DNA from: Geopsychrobacteraceae bacterium
GTDB lineage: Bacteria; Desulfobacterota; Desulfuromonadia; Desulfuromonadales; Geopsychrobacteraceae
NCBI GenBank assembly: GCA_963662315.1
Contig: OY759353.1
Coordinates: 1,728,001 to 1,792,000 of the forward strand
Length of the DNA stretch: 64,000 nucleotides
Direction: 5' to 3'
Shown here: positions 39,534 through 49,290 of the stretch, in pieces
Numbering within the stretch: the first letter of the stretch is position 1
Layout: each line of letters opens with the position of its first letter
Program-made: the position numbers and the translations under genes
Notes under the pieces: model-generated
What the model was told of the DNA's origin: nothing
Seen by the model: the letters and a program-made list of their open reading frames with translations, nothing else
Database searches by the model: none

Positions 39534-39582
39534 TTGACATTGGCAGGAATGATATATAGATTTCAGTCGTCTGAAGACTGAA
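39534..39582 (+). promoter_or_regulatory. pruA promoter with palindromic operator
   Basis: TTGACA(39534)-N17-TAGATT(39557); TTCAGTC-GTCTGAA-GACTGAA at 39562-39582. Confidence 0.7.
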
Positions 39583-39680
39583 CTTATAACAAATTACGGA
39601 TCTCCGTAATAAGTCATTGAGCCAAAGAACGAATAGATTCGTTTCAGCACGACAACCATCAAAAAGAAAAGAGGTAGGTC

Positions 39681-41333
39681 ATGAATTTGTTAAATAATGC
39701 AGCAATCAATGTGCCCGTCCCGACAAACGAACCCAACCTGACCTATGCGCCCGGCACACCGGAGCGCGCCCAGCTTAAAGCAGCCCTTGAAGAACTCAAG
39801 GCAAAACAGATCGAGGTTCCCCTTATTATCGGTGGCAAAGAGGTGCGCACCGGCGACACAGCAAAGATCGCCTGCCCCCATGATCATTCGATTAATCTTG
39901 GCACTTATCATAAAGCCGGTCCCAAAGAAGTGCAGATGGCCATTGATGCCGCCATGGCCGCCAAACCGGTCTGGGAAAGCCTGCGCTGGGAAGAACGCGC
40001 CGCAATCTTCTTAAAAGCAGCCGACCTGCTTGCTGGCCCTTACCGCTTCCTGCTCAATGCTGCGACCATGCTCAACATCAGCAAGAACCCCTTCCAGGCG
40101 GAAATCGACTCGGCTTGCGAGCTGATCGACTTTTTACGTTTCAACGTTTACTTTGCTCAGCAGGTCTATGCCGACCAGCCGATGCACAACTCCCGCTTTA
40201 CCTGGAACTACGTTCAGCACCGCCCCATGGAGGGCTTTATTTTCGCCGTTGCGCCGTTCAACTTTACCGCCATTGCCGGCAACCTGCCGACCGCACCAGC
40301 GATTATGGGGAACACTGTGGTCTGGAAACCAGCCTCTTCTGCCGTATATGCTCCTTACTACTTCATGAAACTGCTTCAGGAAGCGGGCCTGCCTGATGGT
40401 GTTATCAACTTTGTTCCCGGTTCCGGCAGTAATGTTGGCGATACCGTTCTGAACAGCCCCGACTTTGCCGGCATTCATTTCACCGGCAGTACCGGCGTCT
40501 TCCAGGGGATGTGGAAAACCATCGGCAACAATCTGGCTGAAAACAGATATAAAACCTACCCACGTATCGTCGGCGAAACCGGCGGTAAAGACTTTATCTT
40601 TGCCCACAAATCCGCAGATGCCAAAGCCTTGGCAACGGCCGTTGTGCGCGGTGCTTTCGAATTCCAGGGGCAGAAATGTTCCGCTGCATCCCGCGCCTAC
40701 ATTCCAGAATCCCTGTGGCAACCGGTGATGGATGAAATCAAGGCCCAGACCGACCGTATCAAGATGGGTGATGTCTGCGATTTCCGCAATTTCTTCAATG
40801 CGGTTATCGATAAAGCCGCCTTCAAGAGCATTACGGCGTACATCGACTACGCCAAAGCAGCGGACGATGCCGAGATCGCCATCGGTGGACACTATGATGA
40901 CAGCAAGGGCTGGTTCATCGAACCAACCATCATCACCACCACCAATCCGAAGTTCAAAACGATGGAAGAGGAGATCTTCGGCCCGGTCATGACCATGTAC
41001 TGCTACAAAGATGACGAGTACGAAGCCGCCCTGGAACTGTGTGACCAGACCAGTGAATACAGCCTGACCGGTGCTCTGTTCGCTCAGGACCGTACCGCCA
41101 TCAGCTTTGGCATGGGCAAACTGACCAACGCTTCGGGCAACTTCTACATTAACGACAAACCGACCGGTGCCGTTGTCGGCCAACAACCGTTCGGTGGTGG
41201 CCGTGCCTCCGGCACCAATGACAAGGCCGGCAGCAAACAGAATCTGATGCGCTGGGTCTCGGTACGGACCGTTAAGGAAAACTTCGTACCGCCAACAACC
41301 TTTGAATATCCGTTTATGGATCAGGAAAAATAA
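39681..41333 (+). CDS. pruA: Delta-1-pyrroline-5-carboxylate (L-glutamate gamma-semialdehyde) dehydrogenase, ALDH4
   Basis: NEPNLTYAPG, QAEIDSACELIDF, PFNFTAI, FTGST, YPRIVGETGGKDF, FEFQGQKCSA, NDKPTGAVVGQQPFGG.RASGTNDKAG. Confidence 0.96.
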   Translation: MNLLNNAAINVPVPTNEPNLTYAPGTPERAQLKAALEELKAKQIEVPLIIGGKEVRTGDTAKIACPHDHSINLGTYHKAGPKEVQMAIDAAMAAKPVWESLRWEERAAIFLKAADLLAGPYRFLLNAATMLNISKNPFQAEIDSACELIDFLRFNVYFAQQVYADQPMHNSRFTWNYVQHRPMEGFIFAVAPFNFTAIAGNLPTAPAIMGNTVVWKPASSAVYAPYYFMKLLQEAGLPDGVINFVPGSGSNVGDTVLNSPDFAGIHFTGSTGVFQGMWKTIGNNLAENRYKTYPRIVGETGGKDFIFAHKSADAKALATAVVRGAFEFQGQKCSAASRAYIPESLWQPVMDEIKAQTDRIKMGDVCDFRNFFNAVIDKAAFKSITAYIDYAKAADDAEIAIGGHYDDSKGWFIEPTIITTTNPKFKTMEEEIFGPVMTMYCYKDDEYEAALELCDQTSEYSLTGALFAQDRTAISFGMGKLTNASGNFYINDKPTGAVVGQQPFGGGRASGTNDKAGSKQNLMRWVSVRTVKENFVPPTTFEYPFMDQEK

Positions 41334-41367
41334 TTCCTCAAAGAGAAACAACACCTCAAATCAATAA

Positions 41368-41399
41368 AGCGGGAGAGCTGTCCCCTTAGCTCTCCCGCT
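41368..41399 (+). terminator. Hairpin after pruA
   Basis: agcgggagagct / agctctcccgct 12-bp stem. Confidence 0.7.
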
Positions 41400-41568
41400 C
41401 AACCTATTAATTTCTCAAAGAAAAACAGATGATTTAAAAGGATGAAAATTATTTTTTTATTGCAATTACCTTCAGAGCCTATAAACTGGCATGGTATAAA
41501 TCGCTGATAAAAGATCTATTTAGCCCTATTCTATTCCAAAAATCCCTTACTGTTGTTAATTTAGCGCT

Positions 41569-42270
41569 ATGAGTTTAGAAGCAATCAAGAGAAGTTCTGC
41601 TGTCAATCATGTTGTCGATCAGATCATGAAGGCAATCGATAAGAAGAACTATATTCCAGGTAGCAGGCTGCCATCGCAATCAGACTTGGCTGTCATGTTG
41701 GGAGTCGGTCGTTCCTCTATCAGAGAAGCCATAAATATCCTCATAGAAAAAGGATATCTGGAGACAGTTCACGGCAAAGGAACATTCATCAAGGCAGATT
41801 TCTCCAATACCACCCATCAAATTGCCAAACTATCCTCAGCCGTACAGGTAAGTTCCATTTATAATCTTATGGAAGCCCGCGCCCTGCTGGAGTGCAAATC
41901 TGCAGCACTTGCAGCCAAACGTGCCAAGCAGAGCGATTTGAAAAAGCTGGCTGAAATTGCCCAACTCGTTTCGGCTGACATTAGCGATTATGGCATATTC
42001 CTGGAGTGTGATATCCAGTTCCATACGACCATTGCTGAAGCTACTCATAATGAAGTTATATGCGAAATGACAAAACTCGTACTCGCCGAGCTCGCAGCAC
42101 ATCATGCCAAGCTCAACACGAAGGAATTAAGTGTTGCCTACAAGAAGGAATCCGTAGATACCGCCCTCAAAATCATTAAGGCGGTAGAAGATCACGATGA
42201 TGTTGCCGCAGCCAAGTGGATGGAACAGCATATTTCAGTGATTGAAAATGAATTAGGTCGCATTCTTTAA
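41569..42270 (+). CDS. GntR/FadR family regulator (FCD domain)
   Basis: PGSRLPSQSDLAVMLGVGRSSIREA...GKGTF; EARALLE, DIQFH, M..HI. Confidence 0.95.
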   Translation: MSLEAIKRSSAVNHVVDQIMKAIDKKNYIPGSRLPSQSDLAVMLGVGRSSIREAINILIEKGYLETVHGKGTFIKADFSNTTHQIAKLSSAVQVSSIYNLMEARALLECKSAALAAKRAKQSDLKKLAEIAQLVSADISDYGIFLECDIQFHTTIAEATHNEVICEMTKLVLAELAAHHAKLNTKELSVAYKKESVDTALKIIKAVEDHDDVAAAKWMEQHISVIENELGRIL

Positions 42271-42940
42271 CAACCAGAAGATCGTGGACTCATTATCTGA
42301 AAAGCACCCGTACAGAACCCTGCCGAAAACAGGTAGTAGATTTAGATAACCTGACATAGCCATAAACCATTCCCAAACGCAGTCAAAACATCCGTGTAGC
42401 TCTACACGTTATACTGCCAAGAATGACCAACCTCAAACATGATACACGCCGCAAGAAGCATATTCTGGCAACATGCCATCCTGAGCATTTTTCAGACAAA
42501 CACGCGACCGGGTTCTCATCCAAGCCGTCAGCAACATTTCAATACCATACGTATCAAAAAATATGCACACCGGACAAGGTCCTGTTTTTGAATGTATTTA
42601 TCGTCGACATCAAGAAGATATCCACGACTTATCCATAAGAGAAAAGGACTATTACAAAAGCACTACCCTTTTGAAGAAGTCGTTTTCTGCATTGCCGTCC
42701 TGGCTGCCGATGAAGCAGGGTGATAACTCCAGCGAGGACATTGATATCAATGGTGGATCACATATCGGCGAACCCTTCCCAGGTCGTATGAAATGAACGA
42801 GCCATTTTTCATCTGAAAATCGGCTCTTTTGCGTACAGGTTAAGAAACTGTAAAAACGCATTTTTTATCTCTACAGCACCTCGCGTAAGTGTTACATTTC
42901 TGCTTTAACTATCGATTCCCTTCTTCCAAAGTTTGACGAC

Positions 42941-44020
42941 ATGACTCACTCAACCTATTCAACCGCAGTCCGCTGGATTCTGCTGTTCGTTTTATCTTAC
43001 AGCTTTTTCTGGATTTTCCATTATTACCAACTGCCTGCGGCACTTCTACTGGGACCCATGATAGCAGCAATCGTGCTTTCGTCGCTCGCCATGACGGTGA
43101 GCATATCAAAGCCTCTTTTTTCCCTGTCGATGGCTTTTGTCGGGGTTATGATCGCCGGGCTGATGCCGGTAACAATTGTTTCCCAGGTTTCAGAGCATTG
43201 GCTGATTTTCTTAAGTGGCGCCCTGTTTACCATTGTTGTAGCAGCACTACTAGGCTGGTTATTGTCCAGATCTGAGATGTTCCCCGGCAACACAGCAATC
43301 TGGGGAACATCCCCCGGAGCCGCCATGGTAATGACCCTGATGTCGGAATCTTTCGGTGGCGATATCAGATTGGTCGCCCTGATGCAGTATTTACGGGTTG
43401 CCTGCTGCACCCTCTCAGTGACTTTGGTCGGGCACTATCTCGGCGCTGCGGCGGCCCATTCTACCGCCCCACAGTTGAACCTGTTCAAAATCACTTCCAC
43501 CCCAGACTTTTTGAAAACTACGGGCATCGTCCTGCTGTGTTTTGCAATTGTGCAGATACTCAAAAAACCGAGCATCTCCTTTATTCTGCCGATGGTGGTC
43601 GGCATTGTCATGAAAATGCTCGGCCTCACGGACATTGTTATCCCTGGCGTTATCCTAGCCATTGCGTACACCACTATCGGTTGGAATATAGGACTCCGCT
43701 TCACACGTTCCATACTTCATCACGCAGCCAAACTATTACCGCTGTTATTACTATCCATCGCCATGCTGTTAGCCGTTAACGCGGCCTTTGGCCTGGTCAT
43801 CGCCAAGTGGGCCGGAATCGATTACTTAACCGCATTTCTGGCGACCAGCCCCGGTGGTGCGGATTCGGTTTCGATTATCGCCGCATCTACTCCGGTTGAT
43901 GTCGGCTTTGTCGTCACCATGCAGGTCATCCGCTTTTTTATGGTCATTCTTTTAAGTCCGATGCTGGCCAGATGGTTGTCGCGGTCCAGACAGTTGAAGA
44001 AAAAAAGCAACAACAGATAA
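42941..44020 (+). CDS. Membrane AbrB-duplication family protein
   Basis: LPAALLLGPM, WGTSPGAA, VALMQYLR, ATSPGGAD, MQVIRF repeated halves. Confidence 0.88.
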   Translation: MTHSTYSTAVRWILLFVLSYSFFWIFHYYQLPAALLLGPMIAAIVLSSLAMTVSISKPLFSLSMAFVGVMIAGLMPVTIVSQVSEHWLIFLSGALFTIVVAALLGWLLSRSEMFPGNTAIWGTSPGAAMVMTLMSESFGGDIRLVALMQYLRVACCTLSVTLVGHYLGAAAAHSTAPQLNLFKITSTPDFLKTTGIVLLCFAIVQILKKPSISFILPMVVGIVMKMLGLTDIVIPGVILAIAYTTIGWNIGLRFTRSILHHAAKLLPLLLLSIAMLLAVNAAFGLVIAKWAGIDYLTAFLATSPGGADSVSIIAASTPVDVGFVVTMQVIRFFMVILLSPMLARWLSRSRQLKKKSNNR

Positions 44021-44150
44021 GTTTGTTGCTTTTTTCGCTTCACACCTTTTTCAATCCATCCGTTTGCTATGGATCCTTCATTTATGGAAAGGCTACGCGT
44101 CATTGCATTCATTAAAACCATTAGCCCCCCCCCCCTTGCATAAGACGTCA

Positions 44151-44215
44151 CCCTTGAACGGGCTCAGGAAGATAAGCGTTTGCCATATCACGTTGGTGGT
44201 GAGCTTGCTGAACCA
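44151..44215. repeat. Degenerate REP-like element (CCCTTCGAC..GCTCAGG family)
   Basis: cccttgaacgggctcagg ... gttggtggtgagcttgctgaacca between convergent genes; related unit cccttcgacgaactcagggc at 50371-50390. Confidence 0.5.
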
Positions 44216-44240
44216 TGACTGAAACCACTGTCGAAAAGAG

Positions 44241-45335
44241 TCAATTATAACTTAATATTTCCACCCAGTTCGCCCCCCTTCCACACGGATACAAGCCAAC
44301 CGCACAAAGGATTCCATCTGAACCTATCCGATAAACAGCAACATGATCCGCTCTCTCCCCAGTGACCACCACAAACTGTCCTGACACGTCGATAGCAAAC
44401 CCTCTGGGTTGCAAAACGGTTGGAATAATTCCGAGTAATTTGAGCCGACCGCTACCCTTATCAACTTTAAATACGCTTAAGGTACTACCCGTTCGTTCCG
44501 AAATATAGAGAAATTCACCATTGGGAGTCAGGTGAATATCTGCCGCAGAAATGGCATTAGTAGCTTTTGCAACCGCAGGTTTACCTAGAGCCTTGGGCTG
44601 CTGTGCCTTACCAGGAATCAGACCGCTGTCTTCAGTTAAACCGTCGACTGCATCGATTATCGTCAGCAGTCCGGTTTCGGGATCCAGAACCAGAACATAA
44701 ACCTTGGCCAGGAATTCACTCAAAACATAGACAAAACGATTATCAGGTGAAATAGCGAAGTGCCTTGGCCCAGCGATTTCGTCCAGTTGGACCGCAGGAG
44801 GGTTATTTGCCTTCAACTCTCCGGACTGGTGGTTAAAAATAAACTGCAGAATCTGATCGGTTCCAAGACAAGGCACGAACAAAAACCTGTTGCTGAGATC
44901 AACAGCGATACTATGTGGGTTGGCAGGGGTATTGACAAGCAGAAGCTGTTCACCGACCTTGCCATTTGGATCTATAGTGTTAACCGCAATAATATTTCCG
45001 CCATAGGACGCCGAAAAAAGAAATTTACCACTCCGATCTAAAGAGATATAAGGCACACTGTCCGGCAGATTTTGGCTAGCAACCAGCTCTAACTCACCGG
45101 ACTCTGTATCAATGGCATAGGTTAAAACCGGAAAAGGCTGCGCGCGAGAGGCGGCATAAAGCATTCTTCCATCACCACTGGTCGCCATAGGCATTATAAA
45201 TTCAGCGGCTATGACCGTACCTTGTGCCTGAAGTTCTCCACCTGCAAGCATCCTGTAAATTGAGATAGTCCCATCTTCAGCATTGGATACATATACGAAA
45301 GTGCGAGAACCGATGTAGGAGAGATCGGGATTCAT
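44241..45335 (-). CDS. Lactonase family 7-bladed beta-propeller (Pgl/YbhE, carboxymuconate cyclase-like)
   Basis: FVYVSNAEDG, ASYGG, PHSI, GPRHF, AADIHLTPNG.FLY.SER, QPRGF, GANWV. Confidence 0.9.
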   Translation of the reverse strand: MNPDLSYIGSRTFVYVSNAEDGTISIYRMLAGGELQAQGTVIAAEFIMPMATSGDGRMLYAASRAQPFPVLTYAIDTESGELELVASQNLPDSVPYISLDRSGKFLFSASYGGNIIAVNTIDPNGKVGEQLLLVNTPANPHSIAVDLSNRFLFVPCLGTDQILQFIFNHQSGELKANNPPAVQLDEIAGPRHFAISPDNRFVYVLSEFLAKVYVLVLDPETGLLTIIDAVDGLTEDSGLIPGKAQQPKALGKPAVAKATNAISAADIHLTPNGEFLYISERTGSTLSVFKVDKGSGRLKLLGIIPTVLQPRGFAIDVSGQFVVVTGERADHVAVYRIGSDGILCAVGLYPCGRGANWVEILSYN

Positions 45336-45445
45336 GGCAGTTATCTTTCGGAAAAAGAGAAAAATCGCAGGCCAGAGAATAAAGATAAAGAAACCAAACA
45401 CTGATAACCAAAATAATCATTCAGATACTTGAAACCAGCAGCAAT

Positions 45446-45495
45446 AAAAAACTCCCCTTCGGCAATAAAATTCTACTGATCACACGAAGGGGAGT
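45446..45495 (-). terminator. Terminator-like hairpin after tctA#3
   Basis: actccccttcg / cgaaggggagt arms with A-run; long loop. Confidence 0.5.
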
Positions 45496-45532
45496 GGTTT
45501 TGTACGTTAGGACTTAAGAGGTGTGGTAAAAG

Positions 45533-47041
45533 TTAGCAGCCCCTCTTCTGTTTCTTAATCGTTGATCTGACCGCCCAGAACAGCACCAGAAACGATCCAG
45601 CCACAAAGACCGCAGCAATTGGCCTTTGTACGAAGATCAGCAGACTTCCGTGCGATGCCAATAAGGACTGGCGTAATGCCTCTTCAAAACCCTTACCAAT
45701 TACAAATCCGATCAGCAACGGTGGCAAAGGAACATTAAGCAGCCTCAAGCCATAACCAATTACGCCAAAAACCGCCATAATAGCAACATCGGCAACACTG
45801 TTGCTAATAGAATAGGACCCGATGACGCAGGTGACGAGAACCGTAGAGAAGATCAGGGATCTCTTGAGCGTCAGGACCTTAACTGCGTAACGCAGGAAAA
45901 TACGCCCGATAATCAGCGCCGGAATGGATGAAATAATCAGCCCGACCAGAAATGCGTAAACTTCAACACCGTTATCACGAAAGACAAAGGGACCTGGAGT
46001 TATGCCCTGCAGCATAAGAGCACCAAGAATAATCGCGGTAACAGCATCCCCTGGAATACCCAAAGACAACATAGGAATCAGCGCACCACCGGTGACGGCG
46101 TTGTTAGCGGTTTCCGGTGCGGCGATCCCCTCAGAAATACCGGTACCGAACTTTTCGGGATGTGCTGAGCGCTGCTTGGCAAAAGCGTAACTTAAAAAAG
46201 CAGGAGTTGTCGAACCGATACCTGGCAGAATCCCAAAACTCAGGCCGATGATGGCCGAATACAGGATCGTGCCACGCATACGCCACATTTCAAGAAAAGA
46301 GACATGATTGTCAGCTTTTTGTATCTCGGCCTGGGCCTTAGTCTGCTCTTTAAGTAGCAGGGTCTGTTCAGGCTGACCAACCTGAATAAGAAGTTCGGAT
46401 ATAGCAAACAGCCCGATCAGTACAGGCACCAAGCCAAGGCCACTTTCGAGTTCCGGAATTTCCATGGTAAAGCGAAAGGTTCCCCAGACCGGATCCAGCC
46501 CGACGGTACTCATCAGCAGACCGAATAAACCGGCGAGAATACCTTTAATCATCGATTCTTCGCCAACACCTGAGATAACCGTCAACGCCAGCAACAACAG
46601 CGCCGCGAGTTCCGGCGGACCAAACCGTAAAGCAATCGACGCCAGAGGGGCGGCAACCAGAATAAGAACCAGACAACTGAACACATTGCCTATGGTACTT
46701 GAATACAGAGCCAGTTTAAGCGCCTTGCCACTCTGTCCCTTCTGAGTCATGGGAAACCCATCAAAAACTGTGGCCGCAGCAGCCGGAACTCCAGGGATAT
46801 TAAACAATACAGCGGAGATAGACCCACCATAGATCCCTGCCTGGTAAACACCAAGAAGCAGCATCATAGCCGGAACTGTTGGCAACACAAAAGTAACAGG
46901 GATGAGAACTGCAATGGCGATAGCCGGCCCCAATCCCGGGATGGCGCCAACGACAGTTCCGATAATGATTCCGACAATATTTGCGACCAGAACCCACCAG
47001 TCAAGCAGCAGGTTGATCCCTGCAAAAAAATCTGTAAACAT
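45533..47041 (-). CDS. tctA: TTT large membrane subunit #3
   Basis: GAIPGLG, YGGSISAVLFNIPG, APETANNA, MLSLGIPGD. Confidence 0.95.
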   Translation of the reverse strand: MFTDFFAGINLLLDWWVLVANIVGIIIGTVVGAIPGLGPAIAIAVLIPVTFVLPTVPAMMLLLGVYQAGIYGGSISAVLFNIPGVPAAAATVFDGFPMTQKGQSGKALKLALYSSTIGNVFSCLVLILVAAPLASIALRFGPPELAALLLLALTVISGVGEESMIKGILAGLFGLLMSTVGLDPVWGTFRFTMEIPELESGLGLVPVLIGLFAISELLIQVGQPEQTLLLKEQTKAQAEIQKADNHVSFLEMWRMRGTILYSAIIGLSFGILPGIGSTTPAFLSYAFAKQRSAHPEKFGTGISEGIAAPETANNAVTGGALIPMLSLGIPGDAVTAIILGALMLQGITPGPFVFRDNGVEVYAFLVGLIISSIPALIIGRIFLRYAVKVLTLKRSLIFSTVLVTCVIGSYSISNSVADVAIMAVFGVIGYGLRLLNVPLPPLLIGFVIGKGFEEALRQSLLASHGSLLIFVQRPIAAVFVAGSFLVLFWAVRSTIKKQKRGC

Positions 47042-47271
47042 CTACTACTCCATAATAACTATAATCTGGTTGCCATGCGTAAACTCCGAATGACAACCAG
47101 GGTAAGTTTTCAGACGGGAAAAGAGCATTTTTTCGATATGCTTGGAAAAGCAAGAACTTGAGCACAGGCGTAGTACTTTACCCCGCACAAATAAGTCCGC
47201 TGATTGACGCCGCCACAGCGAAAATAGACCCTTTCCTGATGAAAACTGACCAAAGACATTCTCGTTCGGGT

Positions 47272-47808
47272 TTATGGCATCGGAATATGTAACAATTTCA
47301 CGGCGAAAACCCATACAATAGCCGGCACAAGAACAGTCGTCAGCCCAATAACCCACCAGCGGCGTTCGCCAAAGATAAGCATGATCGACACCACGGCAAC
47401 CATTGAGGATGGAATAAAACCAATCCAGATCAGCAGAAAAAAGTAGATGGCGATGATGCCAATGGTGGCAAGAGGGGCCCACTGATAAAAGCAGGAGGGC
47501 TGTTCAGGGCTATCTGCCACATCAATTGGTGCCTCGTCTCCAACCACGGACAGATCGTCCTCACCAGGAGCACTTGCTTTAATATGCCGCTTCTGAATAT
47601 AGGCCAGAAGAAGCATAAGAAGAGCAAAAAAGGTAATAGCGCCGCAGATGACTTTTGGCAGAAAGCGGGGACTAATTTGACCTGGTGGAACAAAACTGAC
47701 TGGCACCAGTGCCGGAATAATAAATGCCAGCATTAAAAGGCCAAACACAGAAAACAGAACACCAGACAACAGATCTTTTCTGGCGGGGGTCATGATTTTT
47801 TTACGCAT
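47272..47808 (-). CDS. tctB: TTT small membrane subunit #3
   Basis: SPRFLP, GFIPSS, GERR, C-terminal IPMP. Confidence 0.87.
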   Translation of the reverse strand: MRKKIMTPARKDLLSGVLFSVFGLLMLAFIIPALVPVSFVPPGQISPRFLPKVICGAITFFALLMLLLAYIQKRHIKASAPGEDDLSVVGDEAPIDVADSPEQPSCFYQWAPLATIGIIAIYFFLLIWIGFIPSSMVAVVSIMLIFGERRWWVIGLTTVLVPAIVWVFAVKLLHIPMP

Positions 47809-47959
47809 ATAAAACCTTTACAGCTTCAATCTGAACTAAAAAATGAGTCTTCACTTCTTGAACAAAAGAGGATATGACAACCAGCTGTGAACCCCCTCGG
47901 TTATCATATCCTCAATGAGCGTTTACCTATAATTGAAGTTCAATATTTATAGAGAGACA

Positions 47960-48916
47960 TTACTCAGCCAGTTTAAGTTCTTTGATAGCTTTCCCATAGC
48001 GGGCATAATTCTTCTTCAAGACCTTGCCAAAATCCTCAGAATTCATAATCTCAATCGGCAAGTTTGCTTTAGCCATAAACTGTTTGAATTCATCCGCACC
48101 AGCAGCTTTAATAAAAGCTTTTTCCAGTTTTGCAATAACCTCACCAGGGGTTTTGGCCGGAGCAGCCAAACCAACAACCGAGACAAACGCCCAATCATAA
48201 CCCAATTCACCAATAGTTGGAATTTCAGGATTTTCGACATCTTTGGTTTCATCAAGAACCGCAAGAACGCGTACGCTACCAGCCTTTATGTGATCCGAAT
48301 AAGCCGGAACCAGGGCGAAGTTAACATGCCCCCCCAAAACAGCTGCAGTAGCGGCAGCGCTCCCCTTAAAAGGAAGATGGGTAAATTGGGCACCAGTCAG
48401 TTTTTCCATATAAAGCATACTGATGTGGGCTCCTGCAAAAGTCCCGGCGGTGCCATAGGTCAAGGTACCTGGATTCTTTTTGCCATAGTCAATCAGATCT
48501 TTGAATGAATGAAATTCAGAGGAACTTGGCACGACCACGCCATGGTGCGGTCCCGAATAGTTCATGATGGGCGCAAAGTCTTCGACCGGATTGTAAGAAA
48601 CCTTGCGCAGATGGGGTGTAATAAAATAAGGAGAAGAGGTAATGGCAATCAAAGTATAGCCATCTGGAGCCGCCTTGGCCACAGCGGCAAGTCCGATAGT
48701 ACCGGATCCGCCAGGTTTATTTTCAACAACGACAGGTTGTCCAAGGTCCTTTTCGGCAATAGATGCCAGCATTCTGACTGCAATATCCGTCGTCCCACCA
48801 GCACCGTAAGGGATTATAACCTTAATGGGCCGATCAGGATATTCAGCAAAAGCAATCTGTCCGGTGATGCAAGATAAAACCACTACCGCAAAGCACAATT
48901 GTAATAACTTTTTCAT
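47960..48916 (-). CDS. tctC: TTT substrate-binding protein #3
   Basis: YPDRPIKVIIPYGAGGTTDIAVR, VENKPGGSG, APDGYTL, PFKGS, VLGGHV. Confidence 0.95.
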   Translation of the reverse strand: MKKLLQLCFAVVVLSCITGQIAFAEYPDRPIKVIIPYGAGGTTDIAVRMLASIAEKDLGQPVVVENKPGGSGTIGLAAVAKAAPDGYTLIAITSSPYFITPHLRKVSYNPVEDFAPIMNYSGPHHGVVVPSSSEFHSFKDLIDYGKKNPGTLTYGTAGTFAGAHISMLYMEKLTGAQFTHLPFKGSAAATAAVLGGHVNFALVPAYSDHIKAGSVRVLAVLDETKDVENPEIPTIGELGYDWAFVSVVGLAAPAKTPGEVIAKLEKAFIKAAGADEFKQFMAKANLPIEIMNSEDFGKVLKKNYARYGKAIKELKLAE

Positions 48917-49290
48917 GACCTATCTCCTCGTAAGCTTGCAATTAAAAACACTACCCAAACGCAAAAAAAGAAACAGCGTTTCCAAACAATTTCCCCATTA
49001 TACAATTACTAAGATCTTAACGAGTAGCGATTTTTTTTAAACTAATCTTTAGAAATTCTAAATTTAATGCCTGTTTTTTGCTTTATTTTAATTATCTGCC
49101 TTAGAGTGATACACTTACATATGTTATCAGGAGGGTTCATCAGGAGCACCAAAAAAAATATTTTTAGAAACCCTTTATGTAAAGTCAATTTATATAACTT
49201 TGCAGACAAAAATATTGGAGATATCATCATTATACACAATGAACAACATTATGACAGTTCACATACTTTTAAAGATAAGGTGCAGATACG

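Noticed and set aside
40134..41354. 406-aa antisense ORF over pruA
   Set aside because: Mirror frame of a strongly codon-biased gene; no recognisable motifs, and pruA fully explains the region.
42300..42900. Short overlapping ORFs between gntR and abrB
   Set aside because: None has a recognisable family or good RBS; may be a decayed gene but cannot be supported.
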